Assembly: GCA_030390025.1 (NCBI GenBank)
Contig: CM059432.1
Span: forward strand, 28,708,001 to 28,772,000
Direction of reading: 5' to 3'
DNA from: Squalus acanthias
Lineage: Eukaryota
DNA length: 64,000 bases
Below the pieces are notes generated by a model. It searched no databases. It saw only the letters and a list, made by a program, of their open reading frames with translations, and was not told the DNA's origin. How positions within the stretch are numbered: position 1 is the first letter of the stretch; each line of letters starts with the position of its first letter. The translations under genes and the position numbers were made by a program. Below, one piece after another: positions 13,550-26,290 of this stretch.

Positions 13550-14755
13550 GTTGTATTTATATAGCGCCTTTAATGCAGTAAAACATCCCAAGGCACTTCA
13601 CAGGAGTGTTATAAAACAAAATTTGACACCGAGCCACGTAAGGAGAAATTAGGGCAGATGAGCAAAAGATTAGGTAAAGAGGTTGGTTTTAAGGAGGCAT
13701 CTTAAAGGAGCAAAGAGAGGTAAAGAGGCAGAGAGTTTTAGGGAGGGAATTCCAGAGCTTAGGGCCTAGGCAGCTGAAGGTACGGCCACCGATGGTTGAG
13801 CAATTAGAAACAGGAATGCTCAAGAGGCCAGAATTAGAGGAGCACAGATATCTTTGGGGTTTGTGAGGCTGGAGGAAATTACAGAGATAGGGAGGGGCGA
13901 GGCGATGGAGGGATTTGAAAACAAGGATGAGAATTTTGAAATCGAGGCGCTGCTTAACCAGGAGCCAATGTAGGTCAGCGAGCACAGGGGTGATGAGTGA
14001 ATGGGACTTGGCATGGATGAGGGTTTCAGCAGCAGATGAGCTGAGGCGGGGCAGAGACGGGCGATGTTATGGAGGTGGAAATAGGTGGTCTTAGTTATGG
14101 CGCGGCAATGTGGTCGGAAGCTCATTTCAGGGTCAAATATGACACCAAGGTTGCGAACAGTCTGGTTCAGCCTCAGACAGATGCCAGGGAGAGGGATGGA
14201 GTCGGTGGCTGGGACCGAAGACAATGGCTTCTGTCTTCCCAATATTTAATTGGAGGAAATTTCTGTTCATCCAGTACTGGATGTCAGACAAGCAGTCTGA
14301 CAATTTAGAGACAGTGGAGGGGTCGAGAGAAGTGGTGGTGAGTTAGAGCTGGTTGTCGTCAGCGTACATGTGGAAACTGGCACTGTGTTTTCGGATGATG
14401 TCGCTGCGGGGCAGCATGTAGATGAGAAATAGGACGGGCCAAGGATAGAACCTTGGGGGGCACCAGAGGTAACGATGCGGGAGCGGGAAGAGAAGCCGTT
14501 GCAGGTGATTCTCTGGCTATGATTAGACAGTTAAGAATGGAACCAGGCGAGTGCAGTCCCACCCAGCTGGACGACGGTGGAGAGGCGTTGAAGGAGGATG
14601 GAATGGTCAACCGTGTCAAATGCACCAGACAGGTCAAGAAGGACGAGGCTGGATAGTTTACCTTTGTCACAGTCACATAGAATGTCATTTGTGACTTTGA
14701 TAAGAGCCGTTTCGGTACTGTGGCAGGGGCAGAAACCTGATTGGAGGATCAACAT
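13550..14755 (-). mobile_element. L2-clade LINE 3-prime portion
   Basis: ORFs contain [33 protein letters not shown] and LHWL..RLDFKIL. Tail ggcgctatataaatac shared with the DeuSINEs. Confidence 0.9.
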
Positions 14756-15598
14756 CAGGGAAATACTAGGAGGTGGAATTTTAAGGGGGCAGTTTTGCAG
14801 CTTTGTGCTCCCAGTAGGGAGCCTGGCCTCCAGGAACATATATCAGAAATGGTCAATAAATCATGTGAGATGACGTCCAAATTTCCAACATGTGCGACCT
14901 GTTGGCTTAATTCCCGATTGGAAGTGCAAGTTGGAAAATGACTCTTATGATGGAAAAGCAGATTGTAGACTGGAAATTCTAAAGTATAATACCTCAAAAC
15001 AGGGTGAATGCACCTGTTCAGTAGGAAGTTTGTTGGAGCAGCTCCGTATGATGCAACTCTCTTGAATCTTCCAATGGTTCCTTTGTACAATAGCACAACT
15101 GGAGTCAGGCAGCTGTGGTGGGATAAAATCTCTAGGCTTGGGCCCATATCCCATTAGGAAATGGCACAATGTTTGTGGTCCCTAATGTTGTGAGCCACAG
15201 CACCTTCATATTTTTGTTTACATTTATGCTCACCTAACTATGGGTCTTAATACAAAGGAATGGAACACTTTTCAGGTCCTTACTGCCAGCAACAAGCTAT
15301 CCCAGAGGCAGCGTGATGCACAGGTTAGATGGAAATTGAAGGTCCCTCTACTTTGCCCCCACAATGTACTGCACCTTAACTCCCATTCTCAGAGACTGGC
15401 CCTATTCTATCAGTGTGACATTTTTCCACTTCCAACATCAGTTATTTTCATGGCCTTTCTGAGTGAGATTGCCAAATTCGATGCTGTTTGAGTTGTGGTC
15501 TCATGCCCACTAACAAGTGGATTAAGATTGCCCAAATTTGTCTCACATATGGCTTTTACAGCCATCGCAGAGAGAGGAGACGTTATCATAGAATCATA

Positions 15599-16328
15599 GG
15601 GCTGGATTTTCATTGACCTTTGGAGGCGTGTGGGGGGTTAAAATTGCGAAAACTGGCGGGCGGGCACAAGTCCGCCTCCATCCCGCCTCCACGCAATTTT
15701 CATTAAATCATGTCTGCTGGTCCCGACTCCGTCCCGCCTTTAAGAGATGGGATAGGCTGTTAAGGCCCTTAACAAGCACTAAATTGGCTCTATAATGCCA
15801 TTTTGAAAGGCCTTTGTGATTTTAACCCTTGATCTACGTGAAGCACGCCTGTTCTGAACCACGATTGTGAAACCTGGCGGGAGCACATTTGAATAGCTGA
15901 CTATCAGCTGCAGGTCCACTATTACAACGGAGATCTGATGAAGGTAGTAGTAGTATTAGGTCTGAAAGTCGCCTCTGATGCTGCTGCATTGAAGGTCTTC
16001 ACAGACTGTCTGGCCTTTGCTGTGAGAGGACCTGGATACAAAACATTTTTTCTCTCTCTCCTTAGAGCTGCTGCTCATTTTGCATCCAGGTCCTCTCACA
16101 GCAAAAGCCAGGCAGTCTCTGACCTGCAATGCAGCAGCAATGATGACATCATCAGAGGCGACTTTCACACTGAAACCACTAATTGGTTCATGGGTTCCCA
16201 CATGCTGGAACTCAATTGCCCAATTAAGTGAAAATTGCATCAATCTCCCACATCCAATTGCAGTCTGGTGGATAACACGAAATTCGGATGACATGACCCC
16301 AACCCGCCCCAGTATCAAAATCCAGCCC
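15599..16328. mobile_element. Harbinger-like non-autonomous TIR element, family B
   Basis: Perfect 12-bp TIR gggctggatttt / aaaatccagccc, flanked by ATA and ATG (imperfect TSD). Sits within a CR1 tail remnant. Confidence 0.85.
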
Positions 16329-17023
16329 ATGGAATCTTACAGCACAGATAGAGACCACTCAGCCCATTTTACCTGGGCTGGCTTTCAAGCAGTTGATCCA
16401 AAAAGTCCCAAAAGGAAATGGCAGTGTCTAAGCTATTAAACCATCCATGTTGTTTTGTTTTATATTCAATAGGATTTTTGTCAGGGGTTGTATATATTTG
16501 ACATTTCAAACATGTCCTGAAATATCTGAAATAATTTATGTTGGACAAAAGAAAATTCTTCCTCGCTCTCTCGCTATCCCACCCCACCCTACCTTTTCAA
16601 CATGGTTACAGACAGAAGCGCCAAATAGCCAAGTAACTGCATTAACTCCTTCACCTCAACCAATTCAATCGCCCTCTCTGCTGTGTCTAACCTCTTTAAA
16701 GCTGGACAATGGCTCTCTGAAATAAACACTGCACTTTCCAAAACCCAATATTCCCCAGTGAACCAGCATTTCCATTTATGAAACCAAAACAGATGAGCCG
16801 CATCCTCCTCAATCCATCTACAATTAGACTGGCACTCATGCAAATCAATAGAAAGACACTTGGCCCTTCCTGTAATAGCACAATATCCCATAGAACACCC
16901 ACACTCCTGGCTCCCTCACCAATACAGAAATCACAACAGACACTAATATTCTCTGATGTGCCACAGCCTCGCTAATTACATGTATTTTTTTCACGAATAG
17001 AACACGTTCTCTCTGCAACACCC

Positions 17024-18459
17024 ATGTCAGCTAACGTAGTACCATTGTTCAAGAAGGGTAGTAGGGATAAACCAGGGAATTACAGGCCAGTGAGCCTAAT
17101 ATCAGTGGTAGGGAAATTATTGGAAAAAATTCTGAGGGACAGAATTAGTCTCCACTTGGAGAGGCAGGGATTAATCAGGGATAGTCAGCATGGCTTTGTC
17201 AGGGGGATATCATGTCTGACCAATTTGATTGAATTTTTCGAGGGGGTGACTAGGTGTGTGGATGAGGGTAGTGCAGTTGATGTAGTCTACATGGACTTCA
17301 GTAAGGCATTTGACAAAGTCCCACAGTGGGGGTTGGTCAAGAAGGTAAGAGCCAATGGGATCCAGGGCAATTTGGCACATTGGATCCAAAATTGGCTTAG
17401 TGGCAGGAGGCAGAGGGTGATGGTCGAAGGTTGTTTTTGTGACTGGAAGCCTGTGTCCAGTGGTGTACCGCAAGGATCGGTGCTGGGTCCTTTGCTGTTT
17501 GTAGTGTACATTAATGATTTAGATATGAATGTAGGAGGTATGATCAGTAAGTTCGCAGATGACACAAAAATTGGTGGAGTGGTAAATAGCGAGGAGGGAA
17601 GCCTCAGGCTACAGGGCGATATAGACGGGATGGTTAGATGGGCAGAACAGTGGCAAATGGAATTTAACCCTGAAAAGTGTGAGATGATGCATTTTGGGAG
17701 GACAAACAAGGCAAGGGAATACACAATGAATGGTAGGATCCTAGGAAGGACAGAGGATCAGAGGGACCTTGATGTGCATGCACATAGATCCCTGAAGGCA
17801 ACAGGACAGGTAGATAAGGTGATTAAAAAGGCGTATGGGATACTTGCCTTCATTAGCCGAGGCATAGAATATAAGAGCAGGGAGGTTATGATGGAGCTGT
17901 ACAAAATGCTAGTTAGGCCAAAGCTGGAATACTGTGTGCAGTTCTGGTCACCACACTATAGGAGGGATGTGATTGCATTGGAGAGGGTGCAGAGGAGATT
18001 CACCAGGATGTTACCTGGGCAGGAGCGCTTCAGCTATGAAGAGAGACTGGACAGGCTGGGGTTGTTTTCCTTAGAGCAGAGAAGAGGGGGGACCTGATTG
18101 AGGTGTACAAAATTATGAGGGGCATAGATAGGGTAGATAGAAAGGAACTTTTCCCCTTAGTAGAGGGGTCAATAACCAGGGGGCATAGTTTCAAGGTAAG
18201 GGGCAGGAGGTTTAGAGGGGATTTGAGGAAAAACTTTTTCACCCAGAGGGTGGTTGGAATCTGGAACTCACTGCCTGAAAGGGTGGTAGAGGCAGGAACC
18301 CTCACAACATTCAAGAAGCATTTAGATGAGCACTTGAAACGCCATAGCATACAAGGCTACGGACCAAGTGCTGGAAAATGGGATTAGAATAGACAGGGCT
18401 TGATGGCCGGCGCGGACACGATTTGCCGAAGGGCCTCTTTCTGTGCAGTATAACTCTAT
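17024..18459 (+). mobile_element. CR1 LINE, 5-prime truncated, with an uninterrupted 357-aa RT ORF
   Basis: ORF 17024..18097 (NYRPVSL, DFSKAFDKV, GVPQGSVLGP, KFADD) plus 18103..18387. The tail is split by the next element. Confidence 0.96.
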
Positions 18460-19352
18460 GGGGTAAAAATTCAATTGGTTGCGCCTCCCGTTAGCGCCTT
18501 AAGAGGGCGCTAATGGGGCGCAAAGCCGCTAACGCCCGGGTGCAGCGATGTTTGCGCCGCTCGAGAACTTAACTTGAGATTGTGCGGCGGCGCTAAAACT
18601 TACCGCTGCGACCACCTGCGCGCGCAGATTGTGACGTCATTCCATGGTGCAACGCCCTTGTGGCGCCCCGTAGCGGAAATTGAGTGGCGCCCCCTGCCTT
18701 ACCGCCTGGCGCTTCCAACGACCAGAAGACTGGAACGCTATCAGTCGCTGTGGGGCTGGGGGGGACGCTATTTAAAGGGGGCCTCTTCCTGTCTTTTATT
18801 GTTGGTGGCATTTTTGAACTACGCATTCTGAGAGAGAGAGGGAGAGACTTCTGGAGAGATTCAACGTTGTGGGAAGGAGTTTTGGGTACTGAGCAGCACT
18901 TTGCAGGTTCATTTTGATTTGCCATTCCTTGTATCGATTTAGCAGAGACTGTGGGAGCTGCACTCTGAGCTCTTTGCCTGGTACTCTCCATTGTTCTTTC
19001 CAGCACATTTGATGTGCAAGTCTCTCCAGGCCGAGATTCAAGGCTGCAATGAACAGGATGTGGATGGAAAGCAAGATTAACCATCCCCTTTAAGAACTGG
19101 CCCGTGCCATTGTGTGTGTGTTCCATTGCTGACTGACATTACATGAGCTTCGCCAGCGCTCCGAGTTAGCGCCTCACTGCTCGGCCTTTGCGCCTTAAGA
19201 GAGGTGTGCAGCGCCTGCTTTAGCGCTCCACTCACCTCCCGGGGCGGTAAAAGTGAAGTTTCCTGTCAGTGCCGATAATTAGCGCCAGGCGCTAATATTT
19301 GCGTCCAGACGATATTTGCGCCCCAAATGGGGCGCGACCTAATTTCTACCCC
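18460..19352. mobile_element. Harbinger-like non-autonomous TIR element, family C
   Basis: Ends ggggtaaaaatt / aatttctacccc with TAT TSD (18457-18459, 19353-19355). Termini near-identical to 23512-24284. Confidence 0.9.
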
Positions 19353-19469
19353 TATGACTCTATTATAACATGCTCGGTTCTAAAGATGTAATTTCTCATC
19401 GGGCCTGGATTTTAAAGAAGCCACTGCCCAATTTCCCTTGATAGCTGAGTGATTTTATCAAGTGAAAAA

Positions 19470-19765
19470 GAAAGGACGTGCATTTATATAGTGCCTTTCA
19501 CGACCTCAGGACATCCCAAAGTACTTTTGAAGTGCAGTCACTGTTGCAATGTAGGAAAAGTGGCAGCCAATTTGCACACAGCAAGCTCCCACAAACAGCA
19601 ATGTGATAATGAGCTGATAATCTGTTTTAGTGATGTTGGTTGAGGGATAACTGTTGGCTAGGACACCAGGAGAACTCCTCTGCTCTTCATCGAATTGTGC
19701 CATGGTAATTTTTACTCCATCTGAGAGGGCAGACAGGGTCTCGGTTCAATGTCTCAGCCGAAAGA
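19470..19765 (-). mobile_element. DeuSINE fragment
   Basis: Reverse complement of the SINE core and tail. Confidence 0.8.
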
Positions 19766-21142
19766 TTCAAAACAAATCTGCAGAAATAATGTTTCAGTGA
19801 GCGAGTGGTCAATCTATGGAAGAGACTCCCTCGGGAGACAGAGGAATCAGTTAGTATTTATTCATTCAAATGCAAATTAGACAGATTTCTTTCAGAAAAT
19901 AACATTTTGGGATTTAGTGTATGAGTAATTGGAGACATGACGGCCTGCGCTAGCTCTCCTCCCGTTCTCGTGCTCCCAACAAATGGGACTCACCTGAGGG
20001 CTGCTGTCAGCGAGGCAGACGGCCCAAATTGTTCCCGCAATTATTAAATGAGGCCCGAAGCCCAATTTTGGGCGCGCCTCACGCCTCGAGCTCCTGCACG
20101 CCAACCGTTCGTCGGACCAAAATGAGCCGGGACCAATTTCACCTCCAATGAGTTATGAGGATGCAGGGGTGGAAAGAATGTGTAAAATGGAATATTTGGA
20201 GCTTAGGAGAAGAAAGTGCAGAGAAGTGCATTCTGCCCAGGGATTTCTTCTCTTTCTCAACCACACAGAAGTTTGCCAGACACTTTTTTCAGACATCTTT
20301 TCATGAGGAGATTTCCCCCTCAAGGCTATGTTCATTGAACAAAAGGGAGCTGGCTTGACTCACAGCTGGCCAGGAAGGTTTTAAAGTTGAGTATGATTAG
20401 AAGCTGGGTGGAAAGCTTTGGCTCCAGGTCTGACCAGGATTGATGCTCTTTTCTTGGTCAATTACTTCTTGGAAATGATGTCTGCCTCCCTCAGGCGTTA
20501 AGTAAATTGGATAGAGTCGTGACAGTGCAGAATCAACATGGTCTGTTGGAGGTATCCACATATGGATCGTTCATGTTGCCTGAGCATGCAGAGTGACACA
20601 ACAGACTTTGGTGGAAACCAGAATGTGCCTGATAATGGTGTGTGCAATGCCACAAACAAGCAACTTTTTTTTGGTTTTGTTTTGTTTCCCCCATAGTGGT
20701 GCCAAATTGCCTCACAGGTTACTCTGGAAAACTGACGTAATCTGGGCGGTCGGTGTGAAGCTTGTGGTAGGACCTGTGCGCCTAGTCAACCTGAACTGCA
20801 GCAAGGCACCACAGAGATTTTCCTCCGACTCCCCATCCCCCAACTGAGGCGGTGCCGAGCTGCACTGTGATTGTGCCCGCGTGAAATATTTAAATGTCTC
20901 TGACCTGGGAAGTGAGCCAAGACCAGCGGGCTCAAACAACAGGCAGGCAGAATTCCCACCCACCACGTTTCTGCCAGCAGTCAAGGAACTTGGCTCCATT
21001 GTTTCATGCTCTCTCACTAATGAAGAATATAAATGTAACCTCCCTCTACACAAATGGCTCGCAAAGATAGCATTACAGAGTGGTTTCCCATACCTCTGAT
21101 GGGCCATACAGGTGTCAGCCTTGCCTCAGGGGTAGCATTTTC

Positions 21143-22320
21143 ATGGATTTGTGAAAGGTAGGTCATGACAAACCTGATTGAATTTTTTGAGGAGGTGACT
21201 AAAGTAGTAGACAGGGAACTGTCTATGGATGTTATTTATATGGACTTCCAGAAGGCATTTGATAAAGTCCCACATAAGAGACTGTTAACTAAGGTAGAAG
21301 CCCATGGAATTGAAGGCAAATTATTGACCTGGTTAGGAAATTGGCTGAGCGGCAGGAGACAGAGAGTAGGGATAATGGATAGGTACTCTAATTGGCAGGA
21401 TGTGACTAGTGGTGTCCCGCAGGGATCTGTGTTGGGAGTGTAGGTGAAAGCATAAAATTACAAAGGGGTATCAATAGATTAAGTGAATGGGCAAAACTGT
21501 GGCAAATGGATTTCAATGTAGGCAAATGCGAGGTCATCCACTTTGGACTTAAAAAGGATAGAACAGGGTACTTTCTAAATGGTAAAAAACTAAAAACAGT
21601 GGAGGTCCAAAGAGGCTTGGGGGTCCAGGTACATAGATCATTAAAATGTCATGAACAGGTACAGGAAATAATCAATAAGGCTAATGAAATACTGGCCTTT
21701 ATATCTAGAGGACTAGAATACAAGTGGGTAGAAGTTATGCTGCAGCTATACAAAACCCTGGTTAGACCACACCTGGAGTACTGTGAGCAGTCCTGGGCAC
21801 CACACCTTAGGAAGGATATATTGGCCTTGGAGGGAGTGCACCGTAGGTTTACCAGAATGATACCCGGACTCCAAGGGTTAAATTACGAGGAGAGATTACA
21901 CAAATTAGGGTTGTATTCCCTAGAATTTAGAAGGTTAAGGGGTGATCTGATCAAAGTTTTCAAAATATTAAGGGGAACAGATAGGGTAGAGAGAGAGAAA
22001 CTATTTCCGCTGGTTGGGGAGTCTAGGACTAGGGGGCATAGTCTAAAAATTAGAGCCAGACCTTTCAGGAGTGAAATTAGGAAACACTTCTACACACAAA
22101 GAGTGATAGAAGTTTGGAACTCTCTCCCACAAATGGCAATTGAGGCGAGATCAATTGTTAATTTTAAATCTGAGATTGATAGATTTTTGTTAACCAAAGG
22201 TGTTAAGGGATATAGGCCAAAGGTGGGTATATGGAGTTAGGTCGCAGATCAGCCATGATCTCATTGAATGGCAGAACAGGCTTGAGGGTCTCAATGGCCT
22301 ACTTCTGTTCCTATGTTCCT
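21143..22320 (+). mobile_element. CR1 LINE with internal deletion, inserted into a DeuSINE head
   Basis: ORFs 21165..21443 and 21506..22240; FADD region deleted. SINE head at about 21112-21142 and SINE body resumes at about 22321. Confidence 0.9.
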
Positions 22321-22712
22321 TGCACTCTCGCCTCTGAATCAGAAGGTGGTGGGTTCAAGTCCCATTCCAGAGACTTGAGTATAAAAATGTAGGCTGAAAC
22401 TTCAGTGCACTACTGAGGGTGTGCTGCACTGTGGGAGGTGCAGTCTTTCGGATGAGATGTTAAACCAAGGCCCTGTCTGCCCTTTAGATGGACATAAAAG
22501 ATTCCATGTCAGGGGAGTTCTCCCTGGTGTCTTGGCCAATATTTATCCCTCAACCAACATCACTAATAATAGATTATCTGGTCATCATCACATTGCTGTT
22601 TGTTGGACTTTGCTTTGCAAATTGTCTGCTGCGTTTTCCTACATTACAACAGTGACTATACTTCTAAAGTACTTCATCATAAAAGGCGCTATATAAATGC
22701 AAGTTCTTCTTC
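22321..22712 (+). mobile_element. DeuSINE body, separated from its head at about 21112
   Basis: B box gggttcaagtcc, Deu core and L2-type tail. Confidence 0.85.
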
Positions 22713-22974
22713 TTCATTGTTGTGCTATCCTCACTGATCCAAACCACCCTTGCTGAAATGAAAATGGTTAAATCCCATGTTCTTGCCTCCCCAAATGGCT
22801 CAGTTGGTAAACGTATCACATGGTGTGAAGCTGAGCCATTCATACCGAGGAGGACCCAGGTTTGATTCAGATCTGTGCCAGATTAACAATCTTAGCTGGA
22901 GTGGCAATTGAGGAAGCTCCAGTTGGCCACAGTGTCCCCCAGACAAAGGAAAGAAAGAAAGAAAGACTGACTGA

Positions 22975-23405
22975 TTGACTTGCATTTATATAGTGCCTTT
23001 CATGACCACTGGACATCCCAAAGTGCTTTACAGCCAATGAAGTACTTTTCTTTTTGAAGTGTAGTCACTGTTGTAATATAGGAAACGCGGCAGCTAATTT
23101 GCGCACAGCAAGCTCCCATAAACAGCAATGTGATAATGACCAGATAATCTGTTTTTAGTGATGTTGATTGAGGGATAAATATTGGCCAGGGCACCAGAGA
23201 TAACTCCCCTGCTCTTCTTCGAAATAGTGCCATGGGATCGTTTACGTTCACCTGAGAGAGCAGACGGGGCCTCAGTTTAACGTCTCATCTGAAAGACGGC
23301 ACCTCCGACAGTGCAGCACTCCCTCAGCACTGCACTGGCATGTCAGCCTAGATTTTTGTGCTCAAGTCTCTGGAGTAGCATTTGAACCCACAACCTTCTG
23401 ACTTC
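22975..23405 (-). mobile_element. DeuSINE, well-preserved copy
   Basis: Reverse complement of the full core and tail; forms an inverted pair with 22321-22712. Confidence 0.88.
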
Positions 23406-23511
23406 TGTCCTAAGAACAGGAAAATCATGATGGCCCCTATTAACTGTACATATTTTGTGATAGCAACCTACTGATTGTTAGGGATTTTTCTCTCTGTATA
23501 ATAGAATTATA

Positions 23512-24284
23512 GGGGGAAAAATTCAGCTGCTTGCGCCTCCCGTTAGCGCCTTAAGAGGGCGCTAATGGGGCGTAAAGCAGCGAACGCCCGGGCGCAGCGC
23601 CGCCCACGCCTCCCGAAAAATTCAGCGGGAGGTTAGCGGCGGCGGCAGCCGGTAGCGCCCTGTGGCGCTGCGCCGCCGGTGATGACGTCATCGCCGTGCG
23701 CAGCACCCCGCTCGCGCCCCGGCCGTGATCTTCAGTCGCGCCCCCTGATTTACCGCCAGACGCTATGTCCGACGGGTTCAGGGAGGCGTACGTGCGGCCG
23801 GGGCGGCGATATTTAAAGGGGAGGTGGCAGGCGGCCATTTTTGTTGCTGGCCGCCTGCCAGCACCTGCCCCCGTTGCTGTCCCCGGCCCCCGTGAAGCCC
23901 CCCCACCGTGAAGTGCCGGCTGCGCTCCAAGAGCCCGGCACTTCTCTTGAGTGCCGGGCTCTTTTGCCGGCACTCCCGATCCCTGGGGGCCCAGCTGGGC
24001 CCCGGTTCGCGCTGCGCAGGGTCCCTCCCCTTTAAGAAGGGGAGGAAGGCCTGCAATACCGCGGCGCGACGTGCCGCAGCGCGTGGCGCTGCGGCACGTA
24101 GCGCCAGGATATTCCCTCGCAGCGCCCCAAGAGGGATGCGGGGTGCTTCCAGTGGCGCCCCGCTTCCCTCTTGGGGCGCAACCACTGAAGTTCCGGCGCG
24201 GGGCCGCTAATTTTTTCGGGGCGCTAAAAGTCGCGCCCCGGCGAGGTTAGCGCCCCAAATGGGGCGCGACTCAATTTTTACCCC
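23512..24284. mobile_element. Harbinger-like non-autonomous TIR element, family C, very GC- and CpG-rich
   Basis: Ends gggggaaaaatt / aatttttacccc with ATA TSD (23509-23511, 24285-24287). Flanks rejoin as a minus-strand CR1 tail and 3-prime UTR (to about 24487). Confidence 0.9.
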
Positions 24285-25428
24285 ATAGAGTCTTACAGCA
24301 CAAAAGGAGGTGATTCAGCCCATCGTTTCCATGTCGGCTCTTTGAAAGAGTTATCCAATTAGTCCCACTCCCCTGCATTTTCCCCATAAACCTGCAAATA
24401 TTTCCTTTCCAAGTATTTATCCAATTCCCGTTTAAAAGTTATTATTAAATCTGCTTCCACCACCCTTTCAGGCAGTGCATTCCAGACTTGCTGCGTAAAA
24501 CAATTTCCCCTCATCGCCCCTCTGTAAAAGTTTACACTGCAAGTGTCACACTATTCCACCGGCACACACTTAAAAATAGTGTTCGAAAGAGAAAAAGAGA
24601 GCCAATTATTTGCAGTCTACAGAGAAATGTCCCCAGCGACAGAAAATACATTCTAATTAACTTCAGGAAATACATTTATAAGATTATAGACAAAGAAATC
24701 TCGTCTGACCTCTGACTGGCATCAGGATCTGCTAAAAGCAGTTGAGCTCTACTGTCCCAGGAAAGCTCAATAATTATACCCGGAGTCTTGAAGGAGCATG
24801 CAGTCACACAGAGCTGCACTTTATATACTAGCGTGGTACTAGATCAGAAGTTATGTCTTTTTATGGCAATATGGGTGTAATCAACAAAGTACATAGTGAG
24901 CAACACTGCCCTGCACACACTTATACTGTTAACCGGCATCTCCGCATCATGGACACTTATACTGGGCAGCAGTAACAAGTAATGTTCCGTCAATCTGCTT
25001 TGATAAGCTGTGATACCAGGCTGCCTTAGATGGGATTGTATTAACAGTTTATTGTCTCTGTGAGTCTGGAGCAATAAATAAGTGAAGACAAAATCCAATT
25101 CAATGGCAATAATGGACACAGGGGGTTCATAAAGCAGGTCAGCCAGTGCCTGAGCTTCTATCCCCTCCCCCCAGCCATTGATCAGTCCAGACTGGTCGAT
25201 ATTTGATGAACAAAGTCTTCCCCGGATACGAGATACTTTTCCGCTTATCATTATGTTCCAGTCAACCTCCATGTACTGCTCTCCATCAGTCAGACTTTGT
25301 GGTCACATGCCCTGGTGTCTGCAGGGCCTGAGTTTCACTGCTCTCTGCATTTAGCCTGACTGAATGGACACACTTGACCAGCCGACAGATTCGTAGAGCC
25401 AGAATTAACGAAAACTATCAGATATTTA

Positions 25429-26290
25429 GGGTCGGATTTTGCCAGCCCTGGGGAGGCGGGTTTGGAGGCGGGACTGCCGGGAAAATGGCAGAATCTGGGG
25501 GCGGGTACGGGTACCCATCCCACCCCCAACCCGCCTTCTTGCCATCTTCCCGGGAGGTGGGTAGCCGACCCATGCCGGGTCCCATCTCCTGGAGGCGGGA
25601 AGGGGATTACAGCCACTTAACTGCTTGTTAACAGGTAGTTAACAGGTAGTTAACAGGCAGTTCAGAGGATTATCCCCATTTTCCCACCAGCGGCGCGGCC
25701 TTCCCGATGTCAGGAAACCCCGCCAGGGTCACCGAGGCAAGCAATGTGTCTGTGGGGGTCGGAGGGGTACAAATGTGTGCTGTGGAGGCAAGTGATGGGT
25801 GTAAGTGTGGAGAGGTGAGTATGTGAGGTGAGTGGAAAGTGTTAGAAAATGTTTACTTACCTTTGTTTCTTCCTGCAGGCTTCAACAGTTGGGGATGCGG
25901 AGACTCTCGCTTCTCACCGGCAGAGATGACAGATGGCTGCTGCATTCTCCGATGCAACAGCCATCTGATTTCTGCTCACAAAAGAAGTTTGATGAGTCTT
26001 GAATACAAGGACTCATCAAACAACAGAGAATGTCAGTGTTTGACAGCTTCACAAAGCTGTCAAACGATGACAATTCATCTGTCAAAAATGTTTGACAGAT
26101 GCAACGTCATACGTTGACGTTCTCTGTAACCAGCTTCCCCTTAATTGGCCTGCTGAGCCCGCTGGGTGGGCTTAACAAGGTCAATCAAGGGAAAATAGCG
26201 TGGGTTGGCCAAAAGTCGATGGAGGCGGGACTAAAACCCGACAAGCAGCAGTCCCGCCTCCAACACGCCCCCATTGATAAAATCACCCCC
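25429..26290. mobile_element. Harbinger-like TIR element, probably related to family B
   Basis: Imperfect TIR gggtcggatttt / aaaatcaccccc with TTA on both flanks. Subterminal ggaggcggga / tcccgcctcc motifs shared with 15599-16328. Confidence 0.7.

Noticed and set aside
17024..18097. 357-aa reverse transcriptase ORF as a functional or domesticated gene
   Set aside because: It is a 5-prime truncated CR1 with no endonuclease domain or ORF1 and a frameshift near 18090; it is an ordinary young copy.
23551..24250. Several overlapping 100-140 aa ORFs, and a possible host CpG-island promoter
   Set aside because: They are by-products of high GC inside a TIR/TSD-bounded element, with no recognisable domain.
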